DNA from: Candidatus Poribacteria bacterium | Lineage (GTDB): Bacteria; Poribacteria; WGA-4E; UBA9662 | Assembly (NCBI GenBank): GCA_046582655.1 | Contig: JAYGDX010000136.1 | Coordinates: forward strand, 1-11,562 | Reading direction: 5' to 3' | DNA: 11,562 bases | Shown: positions 1 to 6,240 of the stretch, in pieces | Layout: each line of letters starts with the position of its first letter | Numbering within the stretch: position 1 is the stretch's first letter | Translations under genes and position numbers: made by a program | The notes under the pieces: model-generated | Database searches by the model: none | The model's input: only the letters and a program-made list of their open reading frames with translations | What the model was told of the DNA's origin: nothing

Positions 1-77
1 TAGAAAATATCAGAGAAATTACAACAAAGATTTATACAAAATGCGCCATAGAGTCGAAAATGCTTTCTTGCATCTTA

Positions 78-104
78 AACGGTGGCGTGGAATCGCCACA
101 CGTT
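78..104. terminator. Short GC-rich hairpin, possible weak terminator
   Basis: GTGGCG (82-87) pairs with CGCCAC (94-99) around a 6-nt loop. It extends by AACG (78-81)/CGTT (101-104) with a 1-nt bulge. It lies downstream of the minus-strand protease gene but has no convincing U-tract. Confidence 0.25.
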
Positions 105-157
105 ATTGTAAAAATTCAGACTCTTTTTTAGCCGCCATTCACATACGATGTATATTT

Positions 158-229
158 TTATGGGCTACTCGTGACTACACTATCTAGAACAACCGCTAAG
201 ACTAAGATCAGAATCATAGCGAATTTCAT
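158..229 (-). other. 23-aa signal-peptide-like micro-ORF (MKFAMILILVLAVVLDSVVTSSP), either a truncated gene start or a small membrane peptide
   Basis: Read manually: ATG at 229-227 and TAA at 160-158. A strong Shine-Dalgarno AAGGAG (246-241) lies 11 nt upstream. The peptide is MK followed by a hydrophobic core. Confidence 0.35.
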
Positions 230-325
230 GGTTTGTGTCTCTCCTTGTATTTTGTGGGTTAGTAAACTCGTGCTGAAACCTTATCTTTTTGTTGAAGATG
301 TCAGATAGTTTCTATACAATTCAAC

Positions 326-3300
326 TCACTTCAAGATAATTATCTTCTGTGTAAATACGGATGTATCCATTCTCAGTGCGCAGAAGTATATACCACTGGC
401 AACTTTTCCACCAGCATCAGTTTTTCCTTCCCAATAGACAGCTCTTGATTGACTTGTATAGCTTCCCGCTTCTACATAACCGACCCTAATGGTTCTAACT
501 GGTGTTCCTGAAATATCATAAATGGTTATTGATATCTCACCATCTTGGCTGAGTTCAAATGGTATCCATGTTTCAGGGTTAGAAGGGTTTGGATAGTTCG
601 GGAGCAATCTTGTCCGATCTGGGATAAGTCTTCGTTTAAAACGCAAAACCCGATATACTTTAATAACATCTTGTTGATTAATAAATATTGTCAGGGGTTC
701 CGACACACGGGTTCCCATTTGATCAAATCCGATGACGTCGATTCTATCTCCAGTTTGAACGATAGATTGTTGATTTGGATCAATGATGATGGCTTTAAAC
801 TGACCTGCTTCCACTTGTCCACTCCATTCAAGTCCATTTCTACGATTGGTTGCTTTTATCCAGGATAAACCTGGGAACTTAGCCGCTCCGACCAAAGCAA
901 AAACCCATGTTCGAACTATATTGTGATTTTTGACTGAAGGTGGAGCCCCATCCACATTATTCCAAGCATGACCTTTGAAGACAATATTGTAATCATTAAT
1001 TAGATTTACAATGTATCCTTTACCGCCGACAAGTTGGAAATCGGATCTATCAAAGTTTGGGATAAAGGAGACAAAATTTCTCTTTTCGGTATCATATTGA
1101 ATAATTAGTGTTGCCCCAACTTGATCGGCAAAGATACTGGCTAACATAGGGGTGTCAGAGTTCAAAGGGATGGAAATTAAGTTCAATCCCTGTTTTAGGT
1201 TTAATGCAAATTTACTTTCTTGAGCGGAAGTCTCAATTCCACCAATAGCAGTTACAACGACATTTCCCACATTACTTTGAATGGTTATCTTTTTGACCAG
1301 AGGATCTTGGTTAACTGGCCTAAACACGAGATTCAAAATTTTACTGCTTTCAGGATTAATAAAGAAGTTTGTCTGGTCTGTAAAGAATCGGTTATCGTTT
1401 GAAATTACCTGAGTAATCAACAAACGCTGTACCCCATTATTTTCGATTCTCAATGGTAGACGCTTGGTGGTTCCAGCGAGGACAGCACCGAAATCAATCT
1501 GTGCTGGTTTTACCTTGATATTGGCTGAAGGGAAAGCAGAATTTAGTTGCTTGAAAGGATAAGTCGAAGCGCCAGTGAAACTAACCAATTGTTTAGTTTT
1601 ATTCACAATGCTTAGAGTTAAGTTTGAATCAGTTTCCGAAAATATATCGTCACTAACTTGTTCATAATTCGTGCCCAGTTTGGAGGAATTAGCAACAAGA
1701 TCTCCTTGGTTATTGTAGATGTAGATGTCAAGATCAGAGTCTGTGTTTTGCCAGCGAATCACCATGTTTAAATCTGTTTCAGTACTTAGCTGATGGTCAC
1801 CAAAATCTGTTTTAATAATCTTTGGATAGATATGGTAACTTAATATTTCATTTCCATTTATCTCGTTGGTAAAGATGACATTATTCGATTTTACAATGCC
1901 TGCACCGTAGATGTTATTAGGCTCATCGATGGTGTCAGTTGGTGAATTGATCGTACTCCTGATAATTGCGCTTTTAACCTCAAATGGATGCAAATTCCAT
2001 TGATCAAGATTGTCTTTCCCCACTGCATCCAGAATAAGAGCTGCAACACCGGATACATGCGGTGCGGCCATGCTCGTACCGGCGGCATAGCCGTAACTGT
2101 TGTTCCACATGGTGGAATAAATGCCCAATTCCGAATTGTTACTTACGCCACCTAGGGATACGACTTCAGGTTTAATCAGTGGAAACTGATGTTCACTTGG
2201 ACCTCGACTGCTGAAAGCAGCGATACTTTCATCATCGATATTTATTGCCCCAACAGTAATTGCATGTTCTGCATATCCGGGCACGGTGATTGTCTTGGAT
2301 TTTTGGTCCTCATTCACGTTCAAAAATCTAGCATTTTCATCCAGCCAAATTTCGTAAGTTTGGTTTTCTGGAACAAAATATGCCTCGACTCTAACCTTCA
2401 GTTTACGTGGCATTTGTGGCCTGTATATGATTTGTTCATAATAAGCACCATACATTGTCTGACCTCTAGGTCTGCCAAACCAACCAAACACCCGGTGTGT
2501 ACGACTGGAAATGATCTCTTCTCCACTGTTATTTTCCAGAACTAGATCAAGATCACTGTTTTTACCTTTCCACCAGAGGGTTACTTGCATAGTTCCGGCA
2601 ACCTCAATATCATGTTGATAAATCCACACTTTTCCTTGCTCAGGGTGTTGGGTTGCTACCCCCTGATCATACTGTTCGGAACTATTTCCCGCAGCGACAA
2701 CTACAACGCATTTACCTTCTGAGACAATGAGATCAATTGTCCTGCTCATTGGATCCAAACCGTTCCTATCATATTCCCATGGTCCCCAACCCATACTGAT
2801 GTTAATGATATCCGCACTGACAGAATCAGCAGCCCAATTAATGGCATCAATTGTGTCGGCATATTCACCTTGATACCAGAACCTACGAGGAATGATAGGT
2901 GCGTCAATCAAAGATACACCCGGAGCAATCCCGGTCATGCCTTCACCATCATCACTGGCACCGATGATCCCAGCGACGTGTGTACCATGCCAGTGTGATG
3001 GATCACGATTTCCACGTTTGGCAATTATCCTTCCTTCAAATTCTGAATGTGAGTGATCAATACCAGTGTCAATAATTGCTACCCGTACGTTTTTTCCAAT
3101 GACACCGAATTTTTGAGTAGCATCTGCGCCAGTCTGCATAATATTATTGTCATTGATCGCTAGGTTCGATTGTCCATCGGACCAAATTTTTTTGATGAAT
3201 GCGTATTTGGCTAAGTTAACAATTCTATTTAGGGGTATCCGAACTGAGATACTATGAATACGATCATATCGATATTGAACACGTGCGCCGATATTTTTTA

Positions 3301-3730
3301 GTAGATTTAACTGAGTTGGATTGAATGGGGAATGTGATTCTACAATTAAAGATAAAAAACCTTGATCTATGAATTCATAAATGCTTTTCTGAATGGTTTG
3401 ATTTAGCACTATTTGAGCATTATCTAAAGATTTAGAACTAGTAACCTCCGCCAATTTTTCTATATTGCCATGTCGTTCTCGTATTCTTAGATGGATTTCT
3501 GACTGGATTGTTACTAGGATAGATGGGTGTATTTTGCTAAGTTCTTTTTCAGTTGCTATTGGAGTTTTTAAAGTGGATTCAATAGATTGGTCGATGAGTC
3601 TAAATATTCTTTTTTTCAAGACGAGATTGTTTGTTATAACCATTTCTTCTACAGATGAGTTAGAGGATGCAAAATGGAGAAAAATAAGCGGTAAGAAAAA
3701 GATTGAGAAAAATAAATTGTGCTTTTTCAC
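326..3730 (-). CDS. Secreted subtilisin-family (S8) serine protease: signal peptide, propeptide, S8 domain with insertion, PPC-like domain, ASH/choice-of-anchor-D Ig-like domain, uncharacterised beta modules, C-terminal FlgD-Ig/T9SS-type-A-like domain
   Basis: GTG start with AAGGGT upstream and an N-terminal MKK plus hydrophobic stretch. The catalytic motifs are intact: VAIIDTGID (Asp221), HGTHVAGII (His248), AAGN (Asn349) and GTSMAAPHVSG (Ser553). Also present are FSSRGP/KPEVV, an ASH-like 'PAQIDFG...LRIENNG..L.I' segment and the C-terminal LLPNYPNP..PETWIPF. Confidence 0.95.
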   Translation of the reverse strand: MKKHNLFFSIFFLPLIFLHFASSNSSVEEMVITNNLVLKKRIFRLIDQSIESTLKTPIATEKELSKIHPSILVTIQSEIHLRIRERHGNIEKLAEVTSSKSLDNAQIVLNQTIQKSIYEFIDQGFLSLIVESHSPFNPTQLNLLKNIGARVQYRYDRIHSISVRIPLNRIVNLAKYAFIKKIWSDGQSNLAINDNNIMQTGADATQKFGVIGKNVRVAIIDTGIDHSHSEFEGRIIAKRGNRDPSHWHGTHVAGIIGASDDGEGMTGIAPGVSLIDAPIIPRRFWYQGEYADTIDAINWAADSVSADIINISMGWGPWEYDRNGLDPMSRTIDLIVSEGKCVVVVAAGNSSEQYDQGVATQHPEQGKVWIYQHDIEVAGTMQVTLWWKGKNSDLDLVLENNSGEEIISSRTHRVFGWFGRPRGQTMYGAYYEQIIYRPQMPRKLKVRVEAYFVPENQTYEIWLDENARFLNVNEDQKSKTITVPGYAEHAITVGAINIDDESIAAFSSRGPSEHQFPLIKPEVVSLGGVSNNSELGIYSTMWNNSYGYAAGTSMAAPHVSGVAALILDAVGKDNLDQWNLHPFEVKSAIIRSTINSPTDTIDEPNNIYGAGIVKSNNVIFTNEINGNEILSYHIYPKIIKTDFGDHQLSTETDLNMVIRWQNTDSDLDIYIYNNQGDLVANSSKLGTNYEQVSDDIFSETDSNLTLSIVNKTKQLVSFTGASTYPFKQLNSAFPSANIKVKPAQIDFGAVLAGTTKRLPLRIENNGVQRLLITQVISNDNRFFTDQTNFFINPESSKILNLVFRPVNQDPLVKKITIQSNVGNVVVTAIGGIETSAQESKFALNLKQGLNLISIPLNSDTPMLASIFADQVGATLIIQYDTEKRNFVSFIPNFDRSDFQLVGGKGYIVNLINDYNIVFKGHAWNNVDGAPPSVKNHNIVRTWVFALVGAAKFPGLSWIKATNRRNGLEWSGQVEAGQFKAIIIDPNQQSIVQTGDRIDVIGFDQMGTRVSEPLTIFINQQDVIKVYRVLRFKRRLIPDRTRLLPNYPNPSNPETWIPFELSQDGEISITIYDISGTPVRTIRVGYVEAGSYTSQSRAVYWEGKTDAGGKVASGIYFCALRMDTSVFTQKIIILK

Positions 3731-3799
3731 GCAAATTACCCTTACAATGAGATGAAGACAGGTACGTCAAATTTGATCAAGATTTTCCCCTTACATTAA

Positions 3800-3841
3800 G
3801 ACAACATATGATGTCGTATATAAGTCGGTCATTGTATTATA
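3800..3841 (-). promoter_or_regulatory. Candidate promoter/operator of the S8 protease gene
   Basis: Perfect TATAAT on the minus strand (3841-3836), with no consensus -35 at 17-nt spacing. Downstream is an imperfect palindrome GACAACATATGATGTC (3800-3815, 14 of 16 positions symmetric), about 70 nt before the start codon. Confidence 0.3.
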
Positions 3842-4065
3842 AGACGCAAATGTAAATTGATTGGTTCAAGGGAATGTGATTGACGGTATCCAATTTCCCT
3901 GCCAGCTTGGGTTCCAGTGTATCTTCCAGTTGATAGGTATCACCTAGTTCAACTTAGGCCTGACGGAGAACGCGATCTCTCCGCTTTTACCGACAAAGCA
4001 TTTTCTCCTAGAACTAGTTTGGTAACTTGTTGATCAATCTGAAGGTCGATACGTTCAGGTGATTT
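3837..4065 (-). pseudogene. Possible decayed gene fragment in the divergent intergenic region
   Basis: Two adjacent start-less 38-codon frames read like protein: KSPERIDLQIDQQVTKLVLGENALSVK... (4065-3949) and VELGDTYQLEDTLEPKLAGKLDTVNHIPL... (3953-3837). No family recognised. Confidence 0.25.
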
Positions 4066-4352
4066 TCATGTGTCAATAATCTAATTCTCATTAGCATGAT
4101 GGAACGCATTTCACCTTGAATGTTAGCAAAGAGATGTGGTCGCAATGATTAAGAATTAAAAAACATATGATAGTATTTTTTATGTTGGATGATAGTTCTC
4201 TAGAGTGTTTTAGATTGACTAAGTTATCTACGAGATGGATAAAGATTCTTCTTTTTCTTGGATTTGAACTATTGAAGTTATGTATCAGGCCGATTCAGCT
4301 TTGGAAGAAATTTAGAGTAGTAATTGTTGATGTTGACAAGAGGGTTAGTTCC

Positions 4353-4381
4353 TTGACTAACAAGAAAATCTCGTGTATAAG
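4353..4381 (+). promoter_or_regulatory. Candidate sigma70-type promoter for the WG-repeat gene
   Basis: TTGACT (4353-4358), a 17-nt spacer and TATAAG (4376-4381), 42 nt upstream of ATG 4424. The last T of the -10 box is missing. Confidence 0.45.
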
Positions 4382-4423
4382 TCTATGCATGGATGTTCGA
4401 ATTCATCTATGTGTGAGGTTAAT

Positions 4424-6130
4424 ATGAAATTCCGTAAAGATTTTTCAGCGTTTTTCTTGTGTTTTGTTGTTTGTATTATCTCTTTTGCACAGGAGGTAAT
4501 CCCAGTTCCATTCCAAAGTTCATTGGTTTTTCCTTCGGAGGTAAATCCAATGATAACATGGGGTATCCGTGATGAAAGGGGTTTTCATCATGGATACGCA
4601 CTAGTTAAGTTAGATGGTAAATGGGGAGCCATTGACAAAACAGGTGAGATAGTCATTCAACCTCAGTTTGATCAGGTGGAAGATTTTATTGAAGGATTGA
4701 AATTGGTTAAATTAGATAGTAAGCCAGAATTCACTGACAAAACAGGTGAGATAATCATTCAACCCCAATTTGAGTGGATAAAAGATACTATTGATATGTT
4801 GAAGCTAGTTGAATTGGATGCTAAATCGGGTGGCATTGTAAAGGATTTCGTTGATGTGTTAACACTAGTTGAATTAGGTCGTGAGTCAGGGGTCATTGAC
4901 AAGACGGACAAGGTAGTCGTTCAACCCCAATTTGAGTGGATAAAGGATTTCATTGATGTATTAGCATTAATCGAATTAGGCCGTAAGTTGGGATTCATTG
5001 ACGAAACAGGTAAGATAATCATTCAACCTCAGGTAGAGGATTCCACTAAAGAATTGACACTAGTTGGATTGGATGCTAAATCGGGGGACATTGTAAGGGA
5101 TTTCGTTGATGTGTTAACACTAGTTGAATTAGGTCGTGAGTCAGGGGTCATTGACAAGACGAACAAGGTAGTCGTTCAACCCCAATTTGAGTGGATAAAG
5201 GATTTCGTTGACGTATTGGCATTAGTTGAATTAGGTCACAAGTTGGGATTCGTTGACGAGGCAGGTAGGATAGTTATTCAACCCCAATTTGATTCGGTGA
5301 GGGATTTCACTGAAGGATTAGCACCAGTTGAATTAGAAGGTAAGTGGGGATTCGTTGACAAGGCAGGTAGGATAGTTATTCAACCCCAATTTGATTCGGT
5401 AAGAGATTTCACTGAAGGATTAGCACCAGTTGAATTAGAAGGTAAGTGGGGATTCATTGACAAAGCAGGTGAATTTCTTACTTACGAGGGCATAGAAGAG
5501 GAACCTGAATTAATTGGTGATGTGAATGGAGATGAAGTAGTCGATATCTTCGACTTAGTGATGGTAGCCGGAAAATTTGGGAAAAAAGGTAACAGTAGGG
5601 GTGATATCAATGGCGACGAGGATGTTAATATCTTCGATTTAGTCATGGTCGCAGGAAACTTCGGGAAGGGTAAAGTTGTCGCCGCGCCAACCATGATTAG
5701 AGAACTTGTACTTACGATAGACCAGAAACGCAGTATCGAATCTCTAGTTGATCAACTAGAGTCTAAGTATAATCTATCGTCTCCTGAAGAAACCGTATTG
5801 AATCTCTTAAGAGTTGTCCTTGCAAAACAATTACCTGCAAAAACTCAGCTCTTACCTAACTATCCAAATCCATTCAATCCTGAAACATGGATTCCATTTG
5901 AGCTCCATCAAAATACCAATATCTCACTCACCATTTTTAACTTGATAGGGAATCAAGTCAGAAGGATTGATCTAGGATATACCCAACTGGGAAAGTATGC
6001 CAGTCGTGATAAAGCAATCTATTGGGATGGAAAAAATGACAATGGGGAAAAAGTGGCTAGTGGAACTTACTTCTATACCATTCACACTAATGACTACACC
6101 CAAACCAAGAAAATGGTGATTTTGAAATAG
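4424..6130 (+). CDS. Secreted WG (KWG)-repeat protein with paired dockerin-like EF-hand repeats and C-terminal FlgD-Ig/T9SS-type-A-like domain (568 aa)
   Basis: ATG 4424 is preferred over GTG 4373 because it has GAGG at 4415-4418 and a signal peptide MKFRKDFSAFFLCFVVCIISFA|QE. Repeats read F.EGLA.V...GKWGF.DK.G...IQPQFD. There are two GD[VI]NGD..V[DN]IFDLVMVAG.FG motifs, an AAP linker and LLPNYPNPFNPETWIPF...WDGKND.GEKVASG.YFY...KMVILK. Confidence 0.92.
   Translation: MKFRKDFSAFFLCFVVCIISFAQEVIPVPFQSSLVFPSEVNPMITWGIRDERGFHHGYALVKLDGKWGAIDKTGEIVIQPQFDQVEDFIEGLKLVKLDSKPEFTDKTGEIIIQPQFEWIKDTIDMLKLVELDAKSGGIVKDFVDVLTLVELGRESGVIDKTDKVVVQPQFEWIKDFIDVLALIELGRKLGFIDETGKIIIQPQVEDSTKELTLVGLDAKSGDIVRDFVDVLTLVELGRESGVIDKTNKVVVQPQFEWIKDFVDVLALVELGHKLGFVDEAGRIVIQPQFDSVRDFTEGLAPVELEGKWGFVDKAGRIVIQPQFDSVRDFTEGLAPVELEGKWGFIDKAGEFLTYEGIEEEPELIGDVNGDEVVDIFDLVMVAGKFGKKGNSRGDINGDEDVNIFDLVMVAGNFGKGKVVAAPTMIRELVLTIDQKRSIESLVDQLESKYNLSSPEETVLNLLRVVLAKQLPAKTQLLPNYPNPFNPETWIPFELHQNTNISLTIFNLIGNQVRRIDLGYTQLGKYASRDKAIYWDGKNDNGEKVASGTYFYTIHTNDYTQTKKMVILK
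4580..5478 (+). repeat. Intragenic WG-repeat array, about 10 units with a 102-bp (34-aa) base period and nested duplications
   Basis: 5245-5346 vs 5347-5448 match at 99/102 nt, with a partial third copy at 5449-5470. 4805-5032 vs 5060-5287 is a 255-bp-period duplication whose core (4843-4951 vs 5098-5206) has 1 mismatch in 109 nt. Counted by hand. Confidence 0.95.
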
Positions 6131-6149
6131 CAGAAGGAATATTATACAA

Positions 6150-6188
6150 ATAAACAGGAGTATTTCGTGATGAAATACTCCTGTTTAT
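6150..6188. terminator. Bidirectional intrinsic terminator between convergent genes
   Basis: Perfect 17-bp inverted repeat ATAAACAGGAGTATTTC-gtgat-GAAATACTCCTGTTTAT, with T-rich tails on both strands. It sits between the stops at 6130 (+) and 6241 (-). Confidence 0.85.
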
Positions 6189-6240
6189 GTTTGTCTCAAT
6201 TTTTCATCAATTGTAACTTATACGTCCTATTTACTAGAGG

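Noticed and set aside
545..3755. Short ORFs overlapping the protease (545-868, 1220-1402, 1891-2088, 2189-2545, 3465-3755)
   Set aside because: They are antisense or alternate-frame shadows of a well-supported gene and show no motifs.
4373..4423. ORF-track GTG start for the WG protein
   Set aside because: It overlaps the candidate -10 box, has no RBS and would bury the signal peptide. ATG 4424 has GAGG and a clean signal sequence.
4167..4427. 86-aa plus-strand ORF upstream of the WG gene
   Set aside because: AT-rich with no recognisable motif or clear RBS, and it runs through the candidate promoter. Probably spurious.
4805..5470. Near-identical repeat pairs as a diversity-generating retroelement TR/VR
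   Set aside because: Mismatches include G/A in both directions and C/T changes rather than adenine-specific A-to-N. Both copies are in-frame parts of one gene, and no reverse transcriptase is in the window.
4580..5478. Periodic repeats as a CRISPR array
   Set aside because: The period is a multiple of 3, the whole unit is repeated with no unique spacers, it encodes WG repeats, and there are no cas genes.
5516..5668. Cellulosome component
   Set aside because: No glycoside hydrolase domain, cohesin or scaffoldin is present in the window.
6150..6188. 17-bp inverted repeat as transposon or MITE ends
   Set aside because: The arms are only 5 nt apart, there is no target duplication or transposase, and the position between convergent stops fits a terminator.
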